Assembly: GCF_001194135.2 (NCBI RefSeq)
Contig: NC_068984.1
Span: 63,035,345 to 63,099,344 of the forward strand
DNA: 64,000 bases
DNA from: Octopus bimaculoides
Taxonomy: Eukaryota
Reading direction: 5' to 3'
This document shows positions 26,225-38,500 of this stretch, one piece after another. The notes beneath the pieces were generated by a model that saw nothing but the letters and a program-made list of their open reading frames with translations, was not told the DNA's origin and did not search any database. The stretch's first letter is position 1, and each line of letters opens with the position of its first letter. The translations under genes and the position numbers were made by a program.

Positions 26225-26230
<6 letters not shown>
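26095..26230 (+). mobile_element. PLE pseudo-LTR-like terminal segment with a degenerate hammerhead-like core
   Basis: TTGAAGA-GCGTAGGCTC-GAAACGTC-AAAGAC: core has U in place of C3; ACGT palindrome. Lies about 0.7 kb downstream of the PLE ORF remnant. Confidence 0.4.
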
Positions 26231-26266
<36 letters not shown>

Positions 26267-26766
26267 ATTTTATGTGTGAGTTCGTTACACATATTTCGTG
26301 AACTATCTTTTCTTTTCTCACTCGAAGTATCTTTTCTCTTCCTACTCGATAGCATCCTTACGCAGTACACTTCTTTTCTCTCGCCTCGCGCTAGCTTTTC
26401 TTTTCCTTTTCCCTACCTCCTCCCTACACTTTATGTATACTTCCCATTTCGTTCGCCTGTAATAAATGACCTGTATATGTATACACCAAGGAACTTTGTG
26501 CGCGTGCATGTGTGCGTGCATGTGTGCGTACATATATGTATATGTGTATTTGTGTATATATCTATGTCTTGTCTATATATGTCTATATACGTATATAACT
26601 ATGTAATTGATCTTTGTATATTTTAGTATATATATGATTATTATAGATGGCTTGGTATGTGTATTTGCTGCTGAAAACATGTTTATGTAATACAGAGTGA
26701 ACATTTTTAATTTCAATGTACTAATTGATTTATATTTTTTATATAATTATTTATCAGATGTATTTA

Positions 26767-26988
26767 GCAAGCATGGACTGGTAATTCCACACCGACACAG
26801 ATCAGAAAGCATAACCGAATTCACCTCGGTCAGCTAGTCTAACTGTCCCCTCCTCAAGAAATTACCATGTGCGCGACAAGTGATATCGCAGAGAAATCTG
26901 CGTATACTAATCTGGAGTGAATAATTATTACAAATTAAAAGGGTGCTTTCTGATCTGTGTCGGTGTGGAATTACCAGTCCATGCTTGC
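26767..26988. repeat. Perfect 45-bp inverted repeat enclosing a 132-bp structured spacer
   Basis: GCAAGCATGGACTGGTAATTCCACACCGACACAGATCAGAAAGCA (26767-26811) is the exact reverse complement of 26944-26988. Confidence 0.97.
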
Positions 26989-27025
26989 AGGGTTTGCTAG
27001 CATAGTCAAATTTACTACTGGAATA

Positions 27026-27093
27026 CAGTACTGATGAAGGAAATTGATTATTAATTGTTAATTATTAATCATAATCCTGAAACGCGTCTGCTG
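27026..27093 (+). ncRNA. Minimal type I hammerhead ribozyme (PLE/retrozyme type)
   Basis: CAGUA-CUGAUGA-AGGA[AT-rich hairpin]UCCU-GAAA; palindromic helix III ACGCGU; GUC cleavage after 27088; UGCUG closes helix I with CAGUA. Confidence 0.85.
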
Positions 27094-27393
27094 TTAATCA
27101 TCTGAATTTTTTAGTTTTTCATTGTCTTTTCTTCTTGTTTTTGCCTTTGTGAGTTACAAGTGATGCTATCTGTGAGATTCTCAGCTTTTTTAGCTGCTAT
27201 TTTCTGAACTTCAGTATATGCTGAAGCAAATATTTTGCTGATCCCTTAATTATAATTATATGTATAAATATATGAACTTTTGAATAAGTTCTCCACCAAT
27301 AATGGTGCTTTCATACCGATGGGCTTGGTAAAAATTATTAATTATTAATTGATTTATTAATTAATAAATTGATAATCCTTTACCCTTTTAATT

Positions 27394-27449
<56 letters not shown>

Positions 27450-27452
<3 letters not shown>

Positions 27453-27585
27453 CCTCACAGTTTCTGTTTACCAAATACTAAATTCACTCACGAGGATTGG
27501 TCGGCAAAGCGCTATAGTAGAAGTCACTATGGTGCCCCGCATTGGACTGAACTCGAAACAATGTGGTTGTAAATTGAACTTGTGA
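27450..27585 (-). mobile_element. SINE family A, 5' fragment
   Basis: CAGTTTCTGTTTACCAAAT...GCTATAGTAGAAG...GGACTGAAC. Confidence 0.65.
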
Positions 27586-29127
27586 ACAATATCATCACCT
27601 GGAAAACTAATATTTTGACCACTCCCTGTGGCGTAAGATATGCGTGGTCTGGACCAGTTTACTGAAGCTGAGATATTTCGATTCTAGGCCTCGTTACATA
27701 GGTTATGTTTTGTGTATGTTCTGTTCATCGTTTTCATGGAATATAAATACGATGAAATAATAAGATTTAACCATCAGCCCTTCCAGTATCTGTCGCAATT
27801 TACTTTCACTTTTTACAACGCCAAACTGCAGGTAAACCTCAGCAAGTACGAGACACAAGTCTGTATACATTATATATATTTACCCATTCTTGTCCAACTA
27901 ACAGTGGGAGAGATTCAATAGCTAAATGTACAAAATTGTACACTTGTTGATGTAGATATTTATTCATGAAACAAAGCGAAGGAAACACGAAATACCAAGT
28001 ATCACTTCTCCTTAAAATGTAAAGCACATGACAGCATTAACAAAGTTTCGAAATGAAGTGGATTTTTGTGGCTATAATTTATAGCCTGTGTTTTCCTTCT
28101 ATAGAATTTGTTTTAAACAGTTAAAAAACTGCTAACATTCTGTTAAATTTTGAAATGCTTCAAAACAGCATTAATTTAAACATTGATGATAGTTTGCTAG
28201 ATATACAAGAGAAATGTATATAACGTGGCTTTTTTTGTCTTTTGATTGCTTATAAACGTTTTCTTTTATTTTCGAATAATATTGTATTAAATGAATTTTA
28301 ACGTTTTAATACTTCCGTTTTAAAAAAAAAAAAGGATTTTTCTATTGTAAACCTGGAAAATATCGTATTGAGCATTAAATGGTGTTATTTTGAATGTAAA
28401 CTAAAAGCAGCTTGAAACAAATTTGCTTTCAATATTAGAATGTATTGCATTTCGCTTTAAATTTACGTTAAACTTGCAAAAAAAGCAACATATTTTCCTT
28501 TTAGAAACATTGTGTTTCTTAAGGTAAGTTTCGCTATGTTTCTCAGATTATTTTTCAGAAAATCCAAGAAGAAATATAACATATGTAAAAAGTCAATGGA
28601 AAATATGATTTAAGACTCTTTTATTTTAATTCTTCCACAAAACAATTTTTCGCACATAAAGGTAATAAAATTATATAAATTGTGTTACCATTGTGTATTA
28701 TTCGTGTAATTTTTTACCCTTTAAACTCTATCCTTGACAAAATTATGAATTTTTGCAGTAATTTTTTATTTATTTTTTTTTTTTTACCTTTTCTGTTACT
28801 TTACTTCTTGTCCACCTTCATAACATGACCCTCATTCTTCATGTCAGCTGTGAAATCTTGCTTAGAAATACCGATGAATATTTATATCTAAATTAGAAGT
28901 GGTAGTTGAATAATTCGTTGAAACCTCTGTTCTAACACCAAAATGGTTAATGTTTATCTTTATCGTGCAGTTTGGACATTTTTGTAGTCCAGTAGAAATT
29001 TGAACCGTAAAACACTATAAGTTGAAACTTACCTGACAATCTCACACACAAAACATATAGGCACATGTTTGTATAGAAGTGAATATAAATTTCACAAAAT
29101 TGAACAATCTTTGTGCAGTAAACATTC

Positions 29128-29160
<33 letters not shown>

Positions 29161-29497
29161 TGTATGTATGTATGTGCGCATGTATGTTGATTATAATCTT
29201 GATGGCATACCTACATAAATGTTCTTCCGCCTCTGACTTTGTATACTTCATAATTTTCAGAAAATGCATATTTTTTAATGAAATTTTCTGTAAATGCTTC
29301 TCAGATGCCAATTATATTAGAGTTGAATCTAAGAAAAAAAATGAATTAATCGGCGCGCGCACATACTTACCGACACACATTACACAGTGTCTTTGGTTAA
29401 ATGGGTGTTAATATATATTGATATGATGTTTGGCGGCGTATTGTCCCATGTATAAAACCAAATCCAATGTTGTTTAAACAACGTGTATTTTTACGGG

Positions 29498-29865
29498 GTG
29501 GAAGCGCAATGGCCCAGTGGTTAGGGCAGCGGACTCGCGGTCATAGGATCGCGATTTCGATTCCCAGACCGGGCGTTGTGAGCGAAAACACCTAAAGCTC
29601 CACGAGGCTCCAGCAGGGGATGCTGGCGAACCCTGCTGTACTCTTTCACCACAACTTTTCTCACTCTTCCTGTTTCTGTTGTGCCTGTAATTCAAAGGGT
29701 CAACCTTGTCACACTGTGTCACGCTGAATATCCCCGAGAACTACGTTAAGGGTAAACGTGTCTGTGGAGTCCTCAGCCACTTGCACGTTAATTTCACAAG
29801 CAGGCTGTTCCATTGATCGGATCAACTGGAACCCTCGACGTCGAAAGCGACGGGGTGCCAACAAC
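29498..29865 (+). mobile_element. Young full-length tRNA-derived SINE family C with 11-bp target-site duplication
   Basis: A box TGGCCCAGTGG, B box ATTTCGATTCC, (CAA) tail; TSD ATTTTTACGGG at 29487-29497 and 29866-29876. Confidence 0.9.
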
Positions 29866-31949
29866 ATTTTTACGGGAGTATATTACAATATTTACATTTT
29901 TGTATAATTGCTTGTAGCAGAGTATTTTTGTGTGCTAGAAGCAAATGTAGCTCAGAATTACATTAATAACAGAAAGCATTAACTTCGTGTGAGAGACGAG
30001 AATAAGACTCTGTTCGTCGTACTCGAAGTTTCCTTCAACTCTGTGCTGAGCTGCGACCACGGAAACTTTTCTGTTTAATGAGCTTCCTGTCTGTGGATCC
30101 TGAATGCACTTCAGGTATATTTAAGACTAAGAAATGGCTGGGTTCTTATTTGGGTGGTGCAAGACGAGGATATTGTGTCCATGGTGCGTGAAGCAATTCT
30201 TTTAAACACAGATCAAACAACGACTGACAATCCTGCGTCTGTCTATCTGCTGTGGGATCTTATTTAGCCTTTGCGGCGTGCATCGTTTCTTTGGCCACCT
30301 CTGCGCTGATTCTAGCGTGATTTCACTTTTATAACTTCTATTTGTGCGGGAACTACTGAAATATATAAGAGCATTCCATAGTATGGGGTGATATTCCTGC
30401 AAGATGACTGGTTAGTAGTCAGGGCACGTCACCTAATTTAAGTATAGTTTGTTCGTAGTTGCTACAGCTGTAAAGATTTGATTCGCTACATATTTTTTTC
30501 AAAATTTCAAGTTTCGTTTTATAGATTTGTGTGTTATATCTATTAGCATGTATGTGTGCACGCCCACCATTTTTATTGTTTCACGACAAGCTCCGATATA
30601 ATTGTCATCTACCCAGTTTGAAAGCTATTTGATGAAAATTTCATTAGAAAAATATTCATTTTTCTGCAAGTTATGAGGAAACAAAAACTGGTGAGTACAC
30701 ATTTGTGTAAGTATGTCATTTTGATTTGGCAAGCAACTGCAAAGACGATTGACCTGTTAGAGTTGCTCTCTCAATGATTTTCAACAGATCTAAAGAATCG
30801 ATTGTTAAAGCCTTAAATAGACTGAGATTCAAAAATTAAAGGGGTGAGATCCAGATGAGAATGTTTCTTATTGAGAGAAAGTGTTGTTGAATATTTTTAA
30901 TGCATTTACATGGAAACAGATGACAGCTATGGCTAGTAGCGATGATAAAAGATTAATAAAAAGGAAGTAGGAAGGGACATGATATTTTAACATTCATTAT
31001 ATACTCAAAGATCAAATCTCTGATTATTCAAGTTATTGATGAGATTGCAATTTTTGTTCAATGAGATGCTCTGGTTACAAATGATTTTGACACCTCAGTT
31101 ATCTGTAAAAATATGTATAAGCTACCTATATAATATAATATTATGCAAGCATAGCTTTAAAAGAAAAACATGCAATTATTAATAGTGTAAAGTTTTTATT
31201 TTAGATCAGATACATAAATGATATATAATGACACAATGTCAGAGTGGCATGTACTGTTTGACTTAAATCGCCAATAAAAAATACACGAGTAATTTTTCAC
31301 CGATATCATCTTTCAGCTAACAGTATCATTATGTATACTTCATAATTGTGAGTATGTCTATTGAGCAATACCCTCCTACCTGTATTAATACTATCAATGA
31401 TTGTGATTAACAATTAGGGAACTATTACATGGTTATTCAGTTAGCTAGAAATAGCTGCAAAATTTTCAAATCACGTCTCACTTCTTTGAAATAACAGGGA
31501 AGGACAAAATGTTGTTTGCAATTAACTGTCTGGAGATAAAGCTGACCATAAGCTTGCTTGACCAGTTCTGACTGGTGTTAATCAACTATTAATGATGACA
31601 GTATTGTGGACGTGTTACTGTGCACTGCAGACTAACTATAAAATATCAGATCTAATGCAAAAATTACCAGGCAATGCAGCTCAGCCCTCGCAGATAGCAC
31701 CTTTAGCAGCTGAAGTTTACAGTGCCAAACATCATAATGACATTTTTCATTTTATCAAGCTTCAGTTTTTGTACTAGAGAACATATATGATAGCTGAGAA
31801 TGTAGACACATGTATGTATACGGAAACAATAACATTGCATCTTTAACATTCACCAGGCAGTAGTCAATTGTACATATCACCTGGATCCTGCAAAAGTCAT
31901 TTGCATCTTGGGCACATATCATGAAAATTGCACTTGCATTTTGCACAGG

Positions 31950-32083
31950 CATTGCAATGTGGTAAGAAGCTTCCCAAGCACATAGTTCTGGGCTCATTTC
32001 CACAGCATGAAACCTTAGGCAAGTGTCTTCTGCTATGCCCTTAGGCTTTTTAATGGATTTGGCTGAAAGAAGCTTGTTGTGTA

Positions 32084-32090
<7 letters not shown>
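31950..32090 (+). mobile_element. SINE family A, 5' fragment, decayed
   Basis: GTGGTAAGAAGCTTCCCAAGCACATAG...GGCAAGTGTCTTCTGCTAT. Confidence 0.7.
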
Positions 32091-32126
<36 letters not shown>

Positions 32127-32212
32127 ATGCAGAAATAATTTATTCTCAAATGCATGATAATGGAAACACAATAGTATGAACAGGATAAACTATCAATATA
32201 TTGCAGAAAAAA

Positions 32213-32295
32213 TCGTTACCCGCCACCCATGAGACCCGAACTCACATCTCTGTAATTACGCATCAAGTGCTGTAACTTTTAAGTTAAACTGCCCA
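32213..32295 (-). other. Degenerate tRNA-like sequence (SINE head or tRNA pseudogene)
   Basis: Minus strand GGGCAGTTTAACTTAAAAGTTACAGCACTTGATGCGTAATTACAGAGATGTGAGTTCGGGTCTCATGGGTGGC has a B-box-like GAGTTCGGGTC; stems are poor. Confidence 0.35.
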
Positions 32296-32298
32296 GTA

Positions 32299-32485
32299 AT
32301 GAATTCTGCAATTTTAGGATTTATAAATCTAGCTTTATAAGACGCTGACGGTAAATCTAACTTGAAAGTAAACAAACATTTCAACGCTTCTAAAGCAAAC
32401 TTTGTTCACTTCCATCGTAAGTTAAATTTGACATCAGCGTCTTATAAAGCTAGATTTATAAATCCTAAAATTGAAGAAGAATTCG
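32299..32485. repeat. Inverted repeat with a 40-bp perfect core (32309-32348 / 32434-32473) and 55-bp spacer
   Basis: CAATTTTAGGATTTATAAATCTAGCTTTATAAGACGCTGA is the exact reverse complement of 32434-32473. Confidence 0.93.
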
Positions 32486-32644
32486 TTATTGTGCACAATA
32501 TATGGATAGGTTATTGTATTAGCTATTGTATTAGCATTATCATGCATTTGGGAATGAATTATTTCTTTATCTTTCAATACATCTCAACACATCTACAGCA
32601 AACTTTGTTCACTTTCATCATAAGTTATATATATATGTATATGC

Positions 32645-33115
32645 ATGTATGTCTTCATGTCTGTGTTTGTCCCCCACCACCACTTGACAGCCAATGCTGG
32701 TGTATTTACATCTTCATAAATCAGTGGTTCAGAATACTAGGCTTTAAAAAATAAGTCCTGGGTTCAATTTGTTCAACTAAAACCTTTCAAGGCAGTGCTC
32801 CAGCATGGCCACAGTCAAATGACTGAAACAAGTAAATGATAAGAGAAACATAGCCTACCTGCTCTGTTTCTGACAGTTTATTTACTGACACATCTGTAAC
32901 AATATGGTGGTTGCAGGCTGGCAAAATCATTACAGCACCAGACAAAATGCTTTGCAGTATTTTTGCCTCCTTTTTTCATTTATGGTTCAAATCCCACCAA
33001 GATACACTTTGCCTCTCATCGTTCCCAAGCAGATAAAGTACAAGTGCCAGGATCAATCTAATCCAATACCCACCTACCTATCTCATAAATTGCTGACCTT
33101 GTGCCTAAATTAGAA
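32645..33115 (+). mobile_element. SINE family A 3' half (about 32645-32840) followed by a decayed SINE family B (about 32905-33115)
   Basis: GTGTTTGTCCCCC...CTCCAGCATGGCCACAGTCAAATGACTGAAACAAG; then GGCTGGCAAAATCATTACAGCAC...GTACAAGTGCCAGG. Confidence 0.7.
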
Positions 33116-34749
33116 ACTATTGTGTGTACCGTTCACTATATTTGTATCATCGTTTAGTTTTGTATTCGTTATTTTTATACTTATTGCTTGCTAATTTTCC
33201 ATTCTGAATAAGACTAATGTAGTGACAATTGTGCAATCAAATAAAGTTTTAGTCATTTGTGTTTTTTTTTTCTTCCGTATACTTGACCAATCAGTATGCA
33301 GCCTAGTCCTGGTTATATAATGAGGAACTCAAATTCTCACTCTCTAAGTACTCATATTAATGAAACAAGATGCCAAACTCTTTCATTTTCCAAACAGAAT
33401 GTGATCAGAGAAGGATGAGCTGTAAAAAACAATCATTGGTCTCTTGTTCATCTAGTCTGAATGCAAGACACATTTTAGTTGAATGGAATTGCTGTATCTT
33501 TTCCCTACTACCTCACAAGTATTAGCTTCTCTTATTTTCATCTCAGCAATATTTTTCTTTCATATAACATGTCTAAATCAATAGGAACTTCAATAAGATC
33601 TTTAATTCAAGAACATATGAACAATGCTACCACACACTTAATTCAAATTTGACTTCATTTTTATTCATGTTGCAATTGAAAATTGTTGTTTTTGTTCTGT
33701 ATAATTTACATTGTTTGGAGGAAAACAAAGTAAATGAAAAAGGATGGGCACAATTAGAATAGAATGCCTTTAGAATTATAGGTCTGTGACAAAATAGCTG
33801 TTTGAGAGCCTGTGCATGGGTCAACTACTCAAATTTGTAGAAATAATAGGCTTCACATCACACACTATTACTTTAAAAAAAAAAATTCAGACTGGATAAT
33901 GTAATCACACAAAAAGACAAGATGACTAATATTGGAATCCCTTTGTTCATCATTTCACTTGACTAGGGCTCTTGGATCTATTCCAGGGCATCTAATGTTT
34001 TAGTTCCAAACACAGTTTGCCAGAGACCCAAATGCATATTTTCTGTGTGCTCACTTTTCACTCTGTTTACTTATAATTCAGTTCCCACCTGCAGTTTTCC
34101 TACAGATTAGCCAAGACAGCTTCACTGATTGTAGTATTTAATATGTATTTTATTCTACCTCATACTTTAAGACAATAGGAGAACCACTAAGTATTTATTC
34201 AACCTACAAGAAATAACAACTAAATTCCTCTCATACCACACCCTACTATCTTAAAGATGGGGATAAGATACTGATGCATTGTTGCCTGGACAAAAGGTGG
34301 CTGAAACACCTTTGAATCTAGGCCTCCTTCATCATGGATACAATATGTGAGCAAGTAAAAGAGCCTATATGTGATCATCGAACATGTTAGAAATAGAAGT
34401 CAAATACTCACAAATGAAACTCTATTTTCAAAAGAAATAATGTAGCCCATGATATGACTAGCAAACTTGATGTGACAGTCAAGACTGTATCACCTTTGAC
34501 CATAGGTTTGCTCAGTGTTCATTTGTAATTAAACAACAATACTAATTACGAAAGTCAATAAAAGACATTCGTGTTCAACCTGCCAGAAACAGCAGCCAAA
34601 TAATTTTAAAATCATTTCTTAACCTCTTCCACAATGTTATGGAGGCATTAAACAATCTTTGTGTATGCATACAAAGACATGATGGCCAAGGCTGGATCAC
34701 CTTTCGATCATAAGTCTGCTCAATCAAGACTGATCTGGGGTTAAATGGC

Positions 34750-34791
34750 AATAACTACTACTACTACAACTACTACTACTACTACTACTGT

Positions 34792-34853
<62 letters not shown>

Positions 34854-34862
34854 ATGCTGCTG

Positions 34863-34928
<66 letters not shown>

Positions 34929-35078
34929 CCAATAATAATAATAATAATAATCCTTTCTACTAAAGGCACAAGGCTTCAAATTTGGGGGAGAAGACTAGTC
35001 AATTATATTCACCCTAGCATTTTCCTGGCAATTAATTCATTGACCCTGAATGGATGAAAGGTGAAGCTGACGTCGGTG

Positions 35079-35160
<82 letters not shown>

Positions 35161-35181
35161 TATTATTATTATTATTAGATA
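34750..35181. repeat. (ACT)n and (AAT)n/(ATT)n microsatellites around a SINE B fragment
   Basis: Directly visible. Confidence 0.9.
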
Positions 35182-35420
35182 TAATAAAAAATATTCAGAC
35201 AAATACATAACAAAAACACCAGGACTTACAAATATATATAACATACAGAAAATTGCACTACTGGGCACTGCACACATCTTACGCAAAACACTTTCAATAC
35301 AGTAACCATAAGAGCATCACAGCAAACCACAGCACATACCCAAGGCACACAGAGCTGCGCTCGGAAGTGAAGTGAAAGCACGTTATAAAAATAAAACTAC
35401 TGAATAATAATAATAGTAAT
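35182..35420 (+). mobile_element. R4/Dong-clade LINE 3' end inside (AAT)n
   Basis: KKYSDKYITKTPGLTNIYNIQKIALLGTAHILRKTLSIQ* resembles the IQK..LLGTA.ILR C-terminus of R4-clade ORFs; followed by a 3' UTR and an (AAT)n tail. Confidence 0.72.
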
Positions 35421-35424
35421 AATA

Positions 35425-35850
35425 ATGGTTTCAAATTTTGACACAAAGTCAACATTTTTTGGGAAGTGAGTAAATCAATTACACCTTCCCCAGTGCTCAA
35501 CTGGTACTTATCTTATTGAGCCCGAGGTCAATCTTCACAGAATTTGAACTCAGAACATAAGTATGGATGATATACCACTGAGTATTTTGCCAGGCATGCT
35601 AATGATTCTGCCAGTTCACCACCCTAATAATCATAATGCTTTCAAATTTTGGCACAAGGCCAGAAGGTTTATGGGTGGGGCTAAGTTAATTCAATTGACC
35701 CCAGTGCTTAACTGGTACTTATTTTATCAACCCCCATAGTATGAAAAGCAAAGTCGACCCTGGCAGAATTTGAACTCAGAATGTAAGGGCAGATGAAATG
35801 CTGCTAAGCAATTTGCCCAGCACGCTAGTGATTCTGCCAGTTCTCCACCT
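35425..35850 (-). mobile_element. Two tandem SINE family B copies, CpG-decayed
   Basis: Two units of CAGTGCT.AACTGGTACTTA...GAATTTGAACTCAGAA...GATTCTGCCAGTTC.CCACC. Confidence 0.8.
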
Positions 35851-36714
35851 TAATAGTAATATTAATCATACTGATACTGCTGCTACTATAACAGATGAAC
35901 AGCTATAATAAATCAAGTTGTAGAACATTTGATATTTTACAACCACCTGTTTTAAAGAAATTCAATCAACCAGAAATTGCATATGATAGTATGAAACGGA
36001 GGAATAAAGTGTTATCTTATGTTTTAAAATATAGCAATTATATTAAAATGTCAATAACTAAAGAGAATATATCTTCAGAAAACAATAAAGAAAAATTCCA
36101 AAATAAAATAATAAATGGCTTTAGTGCTTAAAAAAAAGAACGTTTTCATTAATCAGATTTCTCCAACATATTTTGCTCTTGCATGGACTTTTCAATTACT
36201 GCTTTAAATATAATCAAACAATGATGTTTGCCAAGTGTTTGTGTTAAAAGAGACCTTTATTTTGTTTTTGATATAAAACCTAATGAAATTATTAATGAGA
36301 TACTAAATAAGAGATAAGTATTGAATCATTTATGCTACACTGCTTATCTGTGACAAGCAAAAGATAAATAGCTTTCTTGGCGCAACCTTTAGCTGAACTA
36401 TCTCTGATTTACTTTTGTTGTTTATTTCTATTTAATTTCTTTAAGCAGGTGTTTATGATTGTAGGTTTGTCTATCATGTTTTGATTTTGTATATTTTCAT
36501 ATATTTTTCTTTTTCGTTGACTGAAGTAAAGAGATTAAGAAGCTTTTTGCTAGGAAATATTGAATGTCTTTAGAAATTGTTTCCCCACCAATCTGTACTA
36601 TTTCAAATGGTTGGCAACTATTCAAAATAAATATTAAATGCACTAATTGTAACTAGTTAAGATGATGTACTGTTTTAAAGGAGTAAAGAGAAGAAAAGAA
36701 AATGGCATTTTGCA

Positions 36715-37770
36715 GATTTAATATTTTACAACCAGTTTAAGGTTTTGAGCTGGCAGTATCATTAGTGTGCTGCAAAAAATGCTGAGTAGCAATCCATCTG
36801 CTTTTACATTCTGAGTTCAAATTCCACTGAGGTTGACTTCGCATTTAACCCTTTTGGGGTTGATAAAATAAGTACCAGTTGAGCACTGGAGTCCATTTAA
36901 TTAACTTACAACCTCCCCCAAAATTGCTGGCATTGTGTCAAAATGTGAAACCAATATTTTACAACTAATTGAAGGCAGTGAGCTGGCAGAAATGTTAGCA
37001 TGCTGGGCAAAATGCTTAGTGGTATTTCGTCTATATTTACATTCTGAGTTCAAATTCCACCACGGTCAACTTTGACTTCCATCCTTTCGGGGTCGATAAA
37101 TTAAGTACCAGTTGCATACTGGCGTCAATCTAATTGACTGGCCCCTCCCCCAAAATTTCGGACCTTGTGCTTAAAGTAGAAATGAATATCTTATAATTAA
37201 TTTAATAATAAGAAATTGACATGTTTGATGGTGTAACAGACACATGGATATATTAGATACATCCCAATTTCAGCAGCACTTACTCAGAAAAATGTGAGTG
37301 CCAGGGACAAAATTAGTTTATCGATGGCTCAGCTTCACATATAGAAACTGAGGTAACTATTTGAGATGTTGTTTTGATAAAAGAAAATGAGTCATATTTG
37401 TCCTCAAAGATGGTAATATTTGAATCTGAATGCTGCAGTTGACAGCAAGACTCAAATTTTCAAATCTAATGGGAGTCATACTTTAACTAATTTAACCATT
37501 TTGAAACCAGATACTGAAGGCATACATTATAACTGAAAGCATAGATTAAAACATACAATCATACATCATTCTACTAGGGCAGTGAGCTGGCAGAATTGTT
37601 AGAGTATCAGGAAAAATACTTAGTGACATTATCATCTGTCTTTATGTTCTGAGTTCAGATTCTGTTGCCATCCTTTTGGGGTCAATAAAATAAGTACCAC
37701 TTGAGCCCTGAAGTCAATGTAATCAACTTAGACTGTCCCCCAAAATTGCCGGCCTTGTACCCAAATTTGA
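36715..37770 (+). mobile_element. Three SINE family B copies (about 36715-36960, 36972-37185, 37577-37770), CpG-decayed
   Basis: GGCAGTGAGCTGGCAGAA...TTCTGAGTTCAAATTCC...TAAGTACCAGTT. Confidence 0.8.
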
Positions 37771-38324
37771 TATCGATATATCATTCTTTCATTTTTACTT
37801 GTTTACATAAGCAGTGAGGTGACAAACTATCAGAATTATTTGTCCTTAAACTAGAACACTATGCAGCATACATTCCAGTTCTATGTGTGATGAATTCTAT
37901 TCTCACTGAAACCTACTACACCTTTCATTCTTCCAGAATCAACACATAAATTATTAGGCCATTACTAGAATTAGTTCTTCTCTCTCTCTCTCTCTCACTC
38001 TGTATTATATGTGTTATTGAAAGGGCCAGCCTTGCAACATTTCATGATAATCAGTTTTAAGAAATATGTGTGTCTGTTGAATACTTGTTAATTTCATGTC
38101 AAGAGGATAAGTTGTTGGACACCTAATGCTCTTTGTTGAAATCAACTAAGTGTTGTATTAATTGAATTAACTTACATTCTAGGGTTTTCTCCTTTGTCTT
38201 TCTTCAAAAGAATTTATTATTAAGCTAATGGCTTTATTCTACTCCCTGCATGTGTAAGTTTTATTAATTAAACTTTCATATACCACTTCATTAACTATGT
38301 AAGTATTGAATCTACCATATATAT

Positions 38325-38500
38325 ATATCATCATCATCATCGTTGTCATCATCGTTTAATGTCTGCCTTCTGTGACTGTTTTGGCGGGATTTTTACAGCC
38401 AGATGCCCTTACTAACACCAACCACTCAGCAGAGTGGACTTAGTGTATTTTACATGGCACAAGCACAGGTGAGGTCAGTTTCGGCAAGGCTTTTACGGCT
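38325..38500 (-). mobile_element. RTE-type LINE 3' tail fragment
   Basis: (CAT)n CGTTTAATGTCTGCC...CAGATGCCCTT, the reverse complement of the RTE tail at about 51850-52006. Confidence 0.65.

Noticed and set aside
29498-29580. tRNA gene
   Set aside because: The tRNA-like head continues into a SINE body with a tail and TSD; it is not a stand-alone cloverleaf.
35895-36131. 78-aa ORF MNSYNKSSCRTFDILQPP... preceded by AG
   Set aside because: Weak polypyrimidine tract, AT-rich, no recognisable homology; cannot be supported without RNA-seq.
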